From the NCBI GenBank assembly GCA_963838695.1, contig CAWIRZ010000048.1, positions 49,053 to 113,052 on the forward strand: 64,000 bases of DNA, written 5' to 3'. Below are positions 9,551 through 19,575 of this stretch, piece after piece. The stretch is from an uncultured beta proteobacterium (lineage in GTDB: Bacteria; Pseudomonadota; Gammaproteobacteria; Burkholderiales; Burkholderiaceae). The notes beneath the pieces are model-generated. The model ran no database searches and was not told the origin of the DNA. It worked only from the letters and a program-made list of their open reading frames with translations. Each line of letters starts with the position of its first letter. Position 1 is the first letter of the stretch. The translations under genes were made by a program, and so were the position numbers.

Positions 9551-11063
9551 TCACTCCGTCGCCATGCTATGTGCACTCGAACCGGCAAGTGCTTCGTTCG
9601 ATGCGCGGCGATGCTGATCGGAGAGCTTGCGCATGAGCGGCAGCAGCAACAGGGACATCACGACGCCGGCGGCCGCGAGCCAGCCCAGTTCGGCGAATAA
9701 ATTCGTATAGAGCGTAAGCGACTGCGTGGCCGGCAAATCGTTGGACGGCACTTGCGCGAAATTCGCGACGATGCTGCCCAAGTATTGGGAAATGCCCGTG
9801 GCAAGGAAGTACGCGCCCATCATGAAGCCGCTCATCCGTGCGGGGATATAGCGCGCGATCATCGCCAGGCCGAGGCCGCTGACAAGCAATTCGCCAAGCG
9901 AATTCAAGCCGTAGCCCCACACCATGAACCACGACGACACGCGGCCGTCGACTGCGTAGCGGCCACTGAATGCATAGATGACGAAGCCGACCGCGACGGC
10001 CACATATCCAAGCGCGAACTTCGCGGCGATGCTGATATCGCCGCGGCCTTTGGCCAGCCGTGTATAGGTGGCCGCGAGCACCGGGCTCAGCAGCATGATC
10101 CAAATCGGATTCAGTGCCTGGAATTGCGCCGCGCTCCACGAGAACAGATGCACGCCGAACAAGGAGAAGGTCGGATCGACATTACGCAAGGCAAACAGCG
10201 TCAGCGAGGTCATCTGCTGCTGATAGAAGATGAAAAACAGAATCGACTGCAGCACGAGCACAAGCGCCGCGATGAGGCCCGCGCGCTCCGAGCGATCGCA
10301 TTTGACGATCATATAGCCGAACAACGCGAGAATCACCATGCCGCCAATGTCGACACAGGCGATGGCAAGCGTCTTATTGCCCAGCACGAGCGTGGCGGCG
10401 GTACCGACCGCCACGGCGCCCAGCGCGACGGCACCCAGGCGGCGCCATACGATCGGCGCCGAATCCGGCGCCGAGCCGACGTGCGAGAGCGAGCGGTAAC
10501 GCAGCAAGAAGTTCACCACGCCTAACAACATGCCCGCGCAGCAAACGGCAAAGGCCGTGCGCCATCCCCACCTGATCCTTGATCCAAGGCGTAGCGAGAA
10601 TGGAAAGCGTCGAGCCGATGTTGACGGCCATGTAGTAGATCGTGAAGGCGCTGTCGATGCGCGCATCGTCGCCCTCATAGATACGGCGGACGAGGTTGGC
10701 GGAGTTCGCCTTGAAGAGCCCGTTGCCGACGACGATCACACCGAGCGATGCGTATAGAAACGATAGATGGTCGTTCGGCAGGGCAAGCATGCCATAACCG
10801 ATCGAGAGCACGAATGCGCCGAATAACATCGTGCGGCGTGCACCGAGAATTTTGTCGCCGATCCATCCGCCGATCGACGGGGCCGCATACACGAGCGCGG
10901 TGAAGGCACCCCAAGTGAGGTTCGCGCGCGCGTCGCCGAAACCGAGCCGTTCGACCATATAGAGCACGAGCAGTGCGCCCATGCCGTAATAGCCGAAACG
11001 TTCCCACATTTCGACTAAGAAGATCGTCGTGAACGATCTCGTTTGCGAAGCCGACGAATTCAT
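9551..11063 (-). pseudogene. POT/PTR2-family di/tripeptide:proton symporter, interrupted by a +1 frameshift
   Basis: The N-terminal part 'MNSSASQTRSFTTIFLVEMWERFGYYGM...ATPWIKDQ' lies in the frame of ORF 10374..11198. It continues as 'WGWRTAFAVCCAGMLLG...' in the frame of ORF 9551..10678. Removing one C near 10571 restores 'IKDQWGWRTAF'. Confidence 0.8.
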
Positions 11064-11369
11064 TAAAAGTTCTCCCTGATAGGTCGAATGACTTTCGCAC
11101 GTTATGCGTGCGGAACTCGAACGCCGCCGATCCGCCGCGCGATAGCGCGTGAATCGAAGCGTTCGCTGTGCGAGCTTACGCCGGTACGCCACGGCCATAC
11201 ATCGCCGCGCGCGATTCTCCTAGCCTCACCGAGGAGCGTCACTTCGGGTATGCCCCAGGGGCTGCCCCACAGTGTTGCTAGCTGCGCCCGCGAGCGAGCG
11301 CGTGTTTTGATGCGCTTGCAATTGGCCGATTGCATATCGCCCCGCTATTCCAACCTGTCACTCATCGTT

Positions 11370-13013
11370 ATGAAAGCCACGCAAATCTTTGCTAGGGCCC
11401 CGTCGTGTTTGAACGCGACGGGCGCTATCGTACCCGTAGTTTCACGATCGTGTTCGAAGCCCGACTCGGTTGATAGGGTCCCTTCCATTAAGTCGCGCGT
11501 GGTCGCATTGACTTGCGGCATGCATGCGCTCGCCGGTGTCACGGCGGCTTGCGCCGACGAGCCGCCGCACGCTTCACCGGCGCGCTCGCCCACTCCGTTG
11601 CAGCCGGCACCGGCCATGACGCCGATGCCCGACGCAAGCAGAGACCCAAGGCGAGACGAACCGAACGTTGTCCGGAGCAAACCGACGACACAAATCGCAC
11701 AGGACGCCACCACCCCAAACGCCGTGGTCGGCGCCGAATCGGCGTTGACGCAACAACCGAAAGCACCGCGCTCGAGCCAGGCGGCTAGCGCGGGGTTCGT
11801 CGCCGATAGCCGGCTCGATTTAGAGTGGCGCAACTACACGGATTATTTTCATGCGAGCGGCATTAGCCGTCACGCGTGGGTCGAGGGTCTTCAGGCCCGG
11901 TTCGAATCCGGCTTCACGCGCGGGCCGATCGGTTTCGGCCTGGACGCGGCGCTGTTCGGCGCGTTCAAGCTCGACGGCGGACAAGGCGCCCGCAATATGG
12001 TGCACCTCGGCCGCCATGGCGACGGCGAGCGCCGGCTCGCATGGGCTTATCCGGGCATGTACGGCGCGAAGGCTCGCGTTTCGCAATCGGTCCTGCGCTA
12101 CGGCCTGCAAAATGTCTCGAATCCATTCTTGGAGCCGCACGACAATCGTGCATTGCCGCCGACGTTTCTCGGTGCCTCGCTGCTCAGTCGCGAAATCGAC
12201 GGTGTGTCGTTGCAGGCCGGTAGCTTCACGAAGACGGACCCGCGCGGCCAAACGAATTTGGCGTCGCTTCGCACAAGCTACGGGCGTGTCCCGTTCAAAC
12301 GCGCGAGCTATGCGGGCGCGACGTGGGATTATTCGCCCAACGGTTCGGTATCGATCTATGCCGATCAAGCGGAGAACGTTTGGCGCCAATACTACGGCTC
12401 GCTGCAGCACGGTGTGGGCAGCCCGCAATCTCTGCGGCTGACAGCATTCGCCAACCTGTATTCGACGCGCGATACGGGCGCAGCGCTGCAAGGGCCGATT
12501 CGAACCGACGCCTACAGCGTTTCACTCTCGGCGCAGCATGGCCCACACGGATTGCTGGTCGGCTATCAGAAGATTTTCGGCGACCAGTTCTTCGATTACA
12601 TCGATGAAACGGCAGGCGTGTACCTAGTGAATTCGATGGACGTCGATTACAACGCGCCGCACGAACAATCGTTGCAGGTGCGCTATATGTTCGACGGCAA
12701 GCGGGCGGGAGTGCCCGGGCTGTCCGCCATGTTCTGGGCGCAGCAGGGATGGGGCGCGGATGCGTCCGTAGCCGCTCAGAGGTATGGCCGGAACGGGCCG
12801 CCGTTCAGCTCGGTTTACTTCAGGAACGGACAACCGATTCACGGGCGGCATCACGAGTTCGGATTCATTCCCACTTATGTCGTACAACGTGGGCCGCTAC
12901 GCAATACCAAGGTCACGATGATTGCCCAATGGCATGTCGGCTCAGCCTACTACTCGGACAGTACCAACCAGGTATACCGGCTCGTCGTCACGTTGCCGTT
13001 GCGTGTGTTTTGA
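11370..13013 (+). CDS. OprD/OccD-family substrate-specific porin with an unusually long N-terminal low-complexity region
   Basis: 'GFVADSRLDLEWRNYTDYF' is an OprD-type barrel start. Beta-barrel pattern runs to the C-terminal 'VTLPLRVF'. Start uncertain: ATG 11370, ATG 11520 or a nearby GTG. Confidence 0.75.
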   Translation: MKATQIFARAPSCLNATGAIVPVVSRSCSKPDSVDRVPSIKSRVVALTCGMHALAGVTAACADEPPHASPARSPTPLQPAPAMTPMPDASRDPRRDEPNVVRSKPTTQIAQDATTPNAVVGAESALTQQPKAPRSSQAASAGFVADSRLDLEWRNYTDYFHASGISRHAWVEGLQARFESGFTRGPIGFGLDAALFGAFKLDGGQGARNMVHLGRHGDGERRLAWAYPGMYGAKARVSQSVLRYGLQNVSNPFLEPHDNRALPPTFLGASLLSREIDGVSLQAGSFTKTDPRGQTNLASLRTSYGRVPFKRASYAGATWDYSPNGSVSIYADQAENVWRQYYGSLQHGVGSPQSLRLTAFANLYSTRDTGAALQGPIRTDAYSVSLSAQHGPHGLLVGYQKIFGDQFFDYIDETAGVYLVNSMDVDYNAPHEQSLQVRYMFDGKRAGVPGLSAMFWAQQGWGADASVAAQRYGRNGPPFSSVYFRNGQPIHGRHHEFGFIPTYVVQRGPLRNTKVTMIAQWHVGSAYYSDSTNQVYRLVVTLPLRVF

Positions 13014-13138
13014 GCGGGATCGGCAAACCCGCTCGCGGTGGCAAACGTGCCACCGCGAGCGCAGCGAAATCAAACCAAAAGAAAGGCGAGGATAAAGGAG
13101 AGGGCGATTGCGGGTGCCGCCCAAACAATCCGGTAAAT

Positions 13139-13384
13139 TTAGCGGACGTGCTGCTCGCCCGGTAATTCTGCCCCATGCGCGCGGATCGCCGCGATGAGTT
13201 CGGCGGGTGTGATCTCGTAACGGAGTTCCCGATGGATTCCGGGCTTGCGCTCGTCGATTTCGATCAGATGAATGCTTTTGCCGTCGTCGGTCGCTTCAAG
13301 CCGCAATGTGCGGACAACATGTCCGCCCGTGTCGTGGATTTCGGTGAGCAGGGTCATTGCCCCGGAAGAGCCGGTGGTGCGCAT
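13139..13384 (-). CDS. hypothetical small protein (81 aa)
   Basis: ATG 13384 is preceded by GAGGAA with a 7-nt spacer. No recognisable family. Confidence 0.45.
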   Translation of the reverse strand: MRTTGSSGAMTLLTEIHDTGGHVVRTLRLEATDDGKSIHLIEIDERKPGIHRELRYEITPAELIAAIRAHGAELPGEQHVR

Positions 13385-13642
13385 CGAACGTTTCCTCGAG
13401 TCGTGGGTGAAGCAATTGTACGGGCTTACGAAGGGCTGATGTCTGTCGCCCAGCGCGCATAGCGCCGCTGCAAAGACACGCCAAACGTGCCTCGCGCCCA
13501 TTTCATGCCGATGAGTGTATCGCGAAGTTCGGCCGTGTCAGCGCCTTTTAAAAGTGCGCGAACACAAAGCGCCACACCGCCCTCACTCAGGCTTGACGCT
13601 CCGCAATTTTCTCGCCGCCGACGTGTCCACCGGCGGCGCTCG

Positions 13643-14212
13643 TCAAGCGACGTGCATGCGTTCGTTCTCGAGCAGCGCTTGGGCGATTTCCCATGCCTCG
13701 CGCGCCGCATCGACTCGGCCGCTCAATTGCCGTGCCAACGTCGCGCCGTCGAGCAGCAAGGCACAGCGGCGCGCGAGCCGCATCGCCGTTTCGCCGTCGA
13801 AGCGTTCGTCGAGGATGCGTTCGAGCGTCTGCACGAAGTTGCGGCGCTGCGCCTCCGATGCGGCGAGAATTTCGTTCTCCTCGGCATGGAATTCCGCCGC
13901 GGCATGGATGAGCATGTTGCCGTTGAACGTCTCGGTGCGAAACCAAGCATCATGCCATTGAAAGATCGCATGGAGCTTGTCCAGCGCATCGGTGTGCGCC
14001 GCGATTGCGGCGGCAATGCCAGCCGCCAAGGTCGCGCCTTGCTCGTTCAGCACTTCGACGACGAGGCGGCTCTTCGATGGGAAGTGCTTGTACATCGTCA
14101 TCTTGGCGACGCGCGATTCGGCGATGATTCTGTCGATGCCGACGGCATGAAAACCGAACTGCGCAAATAGCCGGCTCGCGGTTTCGATCAGCGCTTTCTT
14201 TTTTTCGCTCAT
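13643..14212 (-). CDS. TetR/AcrR-family transcriptional regulator
   Basis: 'ALIETASRLFAQFGFHAVGIDRIIAESRVAKMTMYKHFPSK' is a TetR HTH. Confidence 0.85.
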   Translation of the reverse strand: MSEKKKALIETASRLFAQFGFHAVGIDRIIAESRVAKMTMYKHFPSKSRLVVEVLNEQGATLAAGIAAAIAAHTDALDKLHAIFQWHDAWFRTETFNGNMLIHAAAEFHAEENEILAASEAQRRNFVQTLERILDERFDGETAMRLARRCALLLDGATLARQLSGRVDAAREAWEIAQALLENERMHVA

Positions 14213-14616
14213 TTAGAGGCCCGCTTCTATAGTGGAAGTTATGTGTTTTCTCGTCGAAACCCGTCGATAACGATGCTTCTTCCTCCGAAAAAAAGCTTTC
14301 CGAAGGAATGTTTCGCAGCGTATGACTAGGTTCGGCTATGCCGGGCAGTCTCTCAATGCACGGCAATGAACGCGAAGCCTCGTCATTCAAATCGAAGCGC
14401 GCGCTGAAATCAAGCCCCTTACCTTGCTAAACCCGATTGCACGAGCGTTTTATTTCTTCGTTTGGATGATTTATTCGCACCTTTCGCGTCGCGGCAAGAT
14501 TTTCCTAACAATATGCTTTCAATTATTCGTCGCGGGGCCATTGGCTGGTCGGACGCCGGGCGTCTTGGTGCGGTGATACGATCCATGGGCCGGCAACTTT
14601 TCATTCGACGAGAGAC

Positions 14617-15276
14617 ATGATGACGCTGTACGACACGCTCGGCGTTCATGAAGACGCCTCCGACGACGAAATCAAACGTGCGTATCGGAAGGCCGCGATG
14701 CGCGCGCATCCCGATCGCAATAAGGGCCGCGAAGCCGCGGCGCACAACGCATTCCAAGAAATCAAGCAGGCTTACGCGATCTTGTCCGATCCTGAGCAGC
14801 GCCGCGTCTATGACGCCGTATTCGCCCAGGAAATGGATAAGCTGCGGGAGCAAGAGGAAGGGCACGCGCAAGCAGCGCGCGAGCGGGCGGAGCGAGAAGC
14901 GCAGGCCGAACGCGAGCGTTACGAGAAGTTCGTCGCGCAAGCGATGCGCTATGCGGAGCGCGGGCACAATCGCGACGTCGTATTCGGCGTCTTGCTCGGC
15001 CGCGGATGCGAACCAACGCTGGCAGCACGTATCGCCGACGGCGTCGCTGCGCTCAGCGCGGCGCGCGCGCAGGCTACGCCCGTGAGCCATGTCGATATGC
15101 CGCCGGACACCGACGCGGCCGCCCCCGAGACCGATGGATCGAAGCGTGCGCGGTCGGCCCGCCCGGCCGCGTCAGCGCGCGAAGCGCCAGCGAGCGAGGC
15201 TGCGGAACAGGACGCCGCGGCGCATGCGGGGCTCTTCACGACGCTTTGGCACGGAATGTTCGGCCTGCGTTCCTAA
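14617..15276 (+). CDS. J-domain (DnaJ-like) protein
   Basis: 'LYDTLGVHEDASDDEIKRAYRKAAMRAHPDRNKG' contains the HPD motif. No zinc-finger or C-terminal DnaJ domains. Confidence 0.8.
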   Translation: MMTLYDTLGVHEDASDDEIKRAYRKAAMRAHPDRNKGREAAAHNAFQEIKQAYAILSDPEQRRVYDAVFAQEMDKLREQEEGHAQAARERAEREAQAERERYEKFVAQAMRYAERGHNRDVVFGVLLGRGCEPTLAARIADGVAALSAARAQATPVSHVDMPPDTDAAAPETDGSKRARSARPAASAREAPASEAAEQDAAAHAGLFTTLWHGMFGLRS

Positions 15277-15376
15277 CGTCTATTCGCAAGGCGGCGAGCA
15301 CCGCGGCGATCGGCTGCTTGCACCCTTCCCGAATTGGCCGTGATTGCCGCCATAGTCGTGATAGTCGTGAGAGTCG

Positions 15377-16219
15377 CTAAGAAAAATCGGTCGATGTCGA
15401 TAGCGATTCCCAGGCATCGATTTCCGCGCGCAACGCATCGAGCTTTTCGCGCGCACGCCTGACGGCGTCCGGGCCGAGCAACAAGTGAACGGGCGGCTTT
15501 TCCTCCGCCACGATCTGCAAGATGGCACGCGCAGCTTTTGCCGGATCGCCGGATTGCTTGCCGCTGATCGACTGACGTCGTGCGCGGACGGGATCGAACA
15601 CCGCATCGTAGTCCGCGATCGAGCGTTGCGCGCGCACCATCGAACGGCCGGCCCAGTCGGTTCGGAACGCGCCCGGGGCGACGGCCGTCACTTTGATGCC
15701 GAGGCCGGCCACTTCCTGCGCGACGCTGTCGGAAATACCTTCAAGCGCGAACTTCGTCCCGTGATAGGCGCTCAGGCCCGGCAACGCGAGATAGCCGCCC
15801 ACCGAGGTGATGTTGACGATGTGGCCGCGCTTGCGCCGCCGCATGTAAGGCAGCACGCCCTGCATCATCGCAACGGCACCGAAGACATTGACGTCGAATT
15901 GCTTGTGCCAATCGGCGAGGGTCGATTCTTCGAGGACGCTTTCATACCCGTAGCCGGCATTGTTGACGAGCACGTCGATTGCGCCGACCTTGCCTTCGAT
16001 ATCGGCGATGGTGTCGCCGATCGCATCCGTGTGCGTTACGTCGAGCAGCTTGCCGATCGCTCGGCCGGGGCCGAGCAGTTCGAATTCGCCGACCGCGGCT
16101 TGGTCGCGCAACGTGCCCACCACGCGATGGCCGTCGGCCAGCGCCTGCTGCGCGAGTGCGCGGCCAAAGCCGCTGCTTACGCCCGTGATGAGAAAGAGCT
16201 TGCTTTGCGTCGTGGACAT
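15377..16219 (-). CDS. SDR-family oxidoreductase
   Basis: 'LITGVSSGFGRALA' is the TGxxxGxG motif. 'NNAG' and 'YHGTKFAL' (YxxxK) are also present. Confidence 0.9.
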   Translation of the reverse strand: MSTTQSKLFLITGVSSGFGRALAQQALADGHRVVGTLRDQAAVGEFELLGPGRAIGKLLDVTHTDAIGDTIADIEGKVGAIDVLVNNAGYGYESVLEESTLADWHKQFDVNVFGAVAMMQGVLPYMRRRKRGHIVNITSVGGYLALPGLSAYHGTKFALEGISDSVAQEVAGLGIKVTAVAPGAFRTDWAGRSMVRAQRSIADYDAVFDPVRARRQSISGKQSGDPAKAARAILQIVAEEKPPVHLLLGPDAVRRAREKLDALRAEIDAWESLSTSTDFS

Positions 16220-16299
16220 CGATCTCTCCGGTTGGAATGAAGTCGATACCTATGCTACGGCAAGCGCCACCTGTCGGCGGATCGTAAGCTCTTTCGGTC

Positions 16300-16553
16300 T
16301 CACACGAGGCCGGTGGTGTAGTACACGCCGATCACGAAGAACGCCGCGAGCGTTTTGATGAGCGTGACCGCGAAAATGTCGCGATAGGATTCCTTATGCG
16401 TGAGGGGCGGCCCAACCCGTCGAGCAGGAACACGGGGAAATACAGTTTGACGAAGCCGACCATCTTCCCCATGAAGATGCCGGTGAACACGGGTGCGACC
16501 GCGGCGGGATCCGTCAGCAGGACGGCGGCGAGGGCGGCCATGGGCGACATTTC
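16300..16553 (-). pseudogene. 3' remnant of an unidentified membrane transporter gene (also frameshifted)
   Basis: The hydrophobic segment 'SPMAALAAVLLTDPAAVAPVFTGIFMGKMVGFVKLYFPVFLLDGLGRP' continues in another frame as 'LTHKESYRDIFAVTLIKTLAAFFVIGVYYTTGLV*'. No N-terminal part is present. Confidence 0.45.
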
Positions 16554-16934
16554 GAATTGCAGGACGATGCGTTGCGTCTGCTCGCCGCGCACGATTGGCC
16601 CGGCAATGTGCGCGAGTTGCGCAACACGCTCGAACGCGCCGTCATGCTGTCGGATACCGAACGGATCGACGCTCGTCTGCTCACGCCGTTTATGGGTGCC
16701 GCCGCATTGCCAAGGCCCCATCTCGCCGGCGAAGCGTCTATCGCGAAACCAGGATCGTCGTCCTCGGCAGGCGGCTTGGATTCATACGGGCAGGCGATGG
16801 CCGATTTCGAGCGTCGTTTCCTAAGCGATGCGCTGCGAGCAACGGGCGGTCGCGTGGCCGAGGCGGCGGCGCGGATCGGCATGGGACGCGCGACGCTTTA
16901 TAAAAAGATTGTCGCGTTGGGAATCGATATTTGA
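16551..16934 (+). pseudogene. 3' remnant of a sigma54-dependent (NtrC/Fis-family) activator
   Basis: 'FELQDDALRLLAAHDWPGNVRELRNTLERAVML' is the end of the AAA+ domain. 'RVAEAAARIGMGRATLYKKIVALGIDI' is the Fis-type HTH. The receiver and ATPase parts are missing. Confidence 0.7.
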
Positions 16935-17035
16935 ACGATGGAAGTGCAGGGTTGCAGCGCGGCCAGGGCGCGAGCGCGATGCCGTGGCATACTCGGCCAT
17001 TCAAAAAAGAACGTTAGGCCAAAGGAGTTCGTTCA

Positions 17036-17314
17036 ATGAAGGGTATGTCTTTCTTTCATTCTCGCGTAGGCGCTTTTGTTCGCTGCATGGCGGCGGCCGG
17101 CCTCGGTGCCGCCGCGCTGGCAGCGTGCGGCACGAGCGCGCCGCTCTTTACGGACGACGGGCGGCCGACCACGGTCGTCCAGTGCTCGGCCGCCAGCGCT
17201 TGGGACAACTGCACCGAGCATGCGCGCGCCATCTGCGGCGGCGATATCGACATCATTCAGCAATCGGACGTCGAAGGCTCGCATAAGTTACTGTTCGCTT
17301 GCAAGGCCAAATAA
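17036..17314 (+). CDS. small putative lipoprotein
   Basis: AAAGGAG SD upstream. Lipobox 'AALAAC'. Several Cys in the mature part. Confidence 0.55.
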   Translation: MKGMSFFHSRVGAFVRCMAAAGLGAAALAACGTSAPLFTDDGRPTTVVQCSAASAWDNCTEHARAICGGDIDIIQQSDVEGSHKLLFACKAK

Positions 17315-17462
17315 CTGCGCGTAGCTTTGGTCGGGCCAAGCCGTTAAGCGTCGGCGCGGTCCATGGCTTGCTAATCGACCGACGTCGATACCGGTGTGCA
17401 CTTTGGTGCAAACGGGTAGTCAGAGAAGCGTTTACCGTCAATCAACAAGGAGGCGATTTTCT

Positions 17463-17750
17463 ATGCCGACGTACAAGCAGTTGACCGAGCAGCTGGCGAA
17501 GGTACAGGCGCAAATGGAAGCGGCCCGCAGTAAAGAACTGACCGCCACCATCGAGCAGATCAAGGAGCGGATTGCGGAGTACGGCATTACGGCCGAAGAG
17601 CTCGGTTTTACGAGCAAACGCTCGGCGTCGCGAAAAACGGGAGGCTTGCCGCCGAAGTACCGCGATCCGAAAACGGGCGCAACCTGGAGCGGACGGGGGC
17701 GCGCGCCCGGTTGGCTCGGCAAGCGCCGCGAGAAGTTCCTGATTCAGTAA
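17463..17750 (+). CDS. H-NS-family nucleoid-associated protein
   Basis: AAGGAGG SD upstream. N-terminal coiled coil, then the C-terminal 'YRDPKTGATWSGRGRAPGWL' H-NS DNA-binding motif. Confidence 0.85.
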   Translation: MPTYKQLTEQLAKVQAQMEAARSKELTATIEQIKERIAEYGITAEELGFTSKRSASRKTGGLPPKYRDPKTGATWSGRGRAPGWLGKRREKFLIQ

Positions 17751-17872
17751 AAGGTGTAGAAGGACCGGCCAGCCCGAGCTGGCGCCGAACGATCAGCGTT
17801 CATTCGCTTTTCGTTCGGCTGGGGTTCGTTTAGGATCGTTGCCATCCACTACTATTCCAAATCTGGAGAGAC

Positions 17873-19150
17873 ATGGCACCGATCGTCAGAAACCTTCTGG
17901 GTATGCTTGTCCTATTGGCGATCGCATTCGTCTTTTCGACGAATCGCCGCGCTATTCGGCCTCGTACGGTCATTTCGGCGCTGCTGGCGCAGGTTGCGAT
18001 CGGTGCGCTCGTGCTATTCGTACCGTTCGGTAAGGTCGTGCTCGCCGACATGGCGGCCGGCGTCAATCATATTCTCGACTATGGCAATGCCGGCATTGAG
18101 TTTCTATTCGGCGGGCTAGTTGAATCGAAAATGTTCGCCCTGTTTGGCAATGGCGGCTTCGTATTCGCGGTTCGCGTGTTGCCGGCGATCATTTTCGTCA
18201 CCGCATTGATTTCGGTGTTGTATTACCTTGGCGTCATGCGTTGGATCGTGATCGTGCTCGGTACGCTGTTTCATCGGCTGCTGGGCGTCTCGAAGCTCGA
18301 GTCGTTTTCGGCCGTCACGACGATTTTTCTGGGGCAGAGCGAAATGCCGGCGGTGGTCAAGCCGTTCGCGCGCGACATGACGGGTGCGGAGCTGTTCGCC
18401 GTCATGTCGAGCGGGATGGCTGCCGTGGCGGGCTCGGTGCTGGCCGGCTACGCGGGCCTCGGCGTGCGCATCGAATACCTGTTGGCGGCTTCGTTCATGG
18501 CGGTGCCGGGCGGCTTGCTGTTCGCGAAGATCATCCACCCCACGACGGAAGCGAGCCGCGTACAGCTTGAACAACTGAGTTTCGACGAGCGGCGTCCGGC
18601 CAATGTGATCGAAGCGGCCAGCTCCGGCGCGGCCGTCGGCCTGAAGATCGCAGTGATGGTCGGCGCGATGCTGATCGCATTCGTTGGATTGATCGCACTC
18701 CTGAACGGTTTGGTCGGCGGCATCGGTGGGTGGTTCGGGCATCCGAACATTTCGATGCAGTCGATGCTCGGCACTGTGTTCGCACCGCTTGCCTACCTGA
18801 TCGGCGTGCCGTGGAGCGAAGCGCTGGTGGCCGGGAATTTCCTCGGTCAGAAAATCATCTTGAACGAATTCGTGGCCTACGCGTCGCTGTCGCCGTATCT
18901 GAAGGATTCGGCAAGCGTGGCCGCGGCCGGTCTTCATGCGCTCACGCCGCGGACGCTCGCGATCGTATCGTTCGCGCTGTGCGGCTTCGCGAACTTCTCC
19001 TCGATCGCCGTATTGACCGGGGGCTTCAGCGCCGTTGCGCCCGAGCGCCGGTCCGAGGTGGCGCGCTACGGGCTGCGTGTGGTGTTGGCGGGTACGCTAT
19101 CGAATCTGATGAGTGCGACGATCGCGGGCATGTTTCTGACTTTTCATTGA
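17873..19150 (+). CDS. nupC: NupC/CNT-family nucleoside transporter
   Basis: 425-aa polytopic protein. 'LGMLVLLAIAFVFSTNRRAI' and 'NEFVAY' conserved blocks. Followed by cdd. Confidence 0.85.
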   Translation: MAPIVRNLLGMLVLLAIAFVFSTNRRAIRPRTVISALLAQVAIGALVLFVPFGKVVLADMAAGVNHILDYGNAGIEFLFGGLVESKMFALFGNGGFVFAVRVLPAIIFVTALISVLYYLGVMRWIVIVLGTLFHRLLGVSKLESFSAVTTIFLGQSEMPAVVKPFARDMTGAELFAVMSSGMAAVAGSVLAGYAGLGVRIEYLLAASFMAVPGGLLFAKIIHPTTEASRVQLEQLSFDERRPANVIEAASSGAAVGLKIAVMVGAMLIAFVGLIALLNGLVGGIGGWFGHPNISMQSMLGTVFAPLAYLIGVPWSEALVAGNFLGQKIILNEFVAYASLSPYLKDSASVAAAGLHALTPRTLAIVSFALCGFANFSSIAVLTGGFSAVAPERRSEVARYGLRVVLAGTLSNLMSATIAGMFLTFH

Positions 19151-19185
19151 ATCGTCGACCGAATTTAACAACGCAGGGGCTAGCA

Positions 19186-19575
19186 ATGACGTTGGAGCAA
19201 TTGTTCGAAAGAGCGAAGACGGCGCGCGAGCGCGCCTATGCGCCATATTCGAAATTCAAAGTGGGGGCGGCGCTTTTGACGAAGGACGGGCGCGTTTTCG
19301 ACGGCTGCAACGTCGAAAACGCATCGTACGGCCTCTGCAATTGCGCGGAACGTACCGCGTTCTTCAGCGCGATCGCGGCCGGATGCGAGCGTGACGCATT
19401 CGCGGCGCTTGCGGTCGTCGGCGACACCGACGGGCCCATCGCGCCGTGCGGCGCCTGCCGCCAGGTCATCATCGAACTGGGCGGGCCCGACCTCACGATT
19501 CGGCTCGGCAATCTGCGCGGCGCGACACGCGATACGACGGCGCGCGAACAATTGCCCGATGCCTTCTATCTATGA
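19186..19575 (+). CDS. cdd: cytidine deaminase
   Basis: 'APYSKFKVGAAL', 'CAERTA' and 'PCGACRQ' are the zinc-binding motifs. Confidence 0.9.
   Translation: MTLEQLFERAKTARERAYAPYSKFKVGAALLTKDGRVFDGCNVENASYGLCNCAERTAFFSAIAAGCERDAFAALAVVGDTDGPIAPCGACRQVIIELGGPDLTIRLGNLRGATRDTTAREQLPDAFYL

Noticed and set aside
11088-11369. Track start 11088 for the OprD-type porin
   Set aside because: The upstream 94 codons overlap the promoter and 5' end of the divergent POT gene and look non-coding. The exact start is still uncertain.
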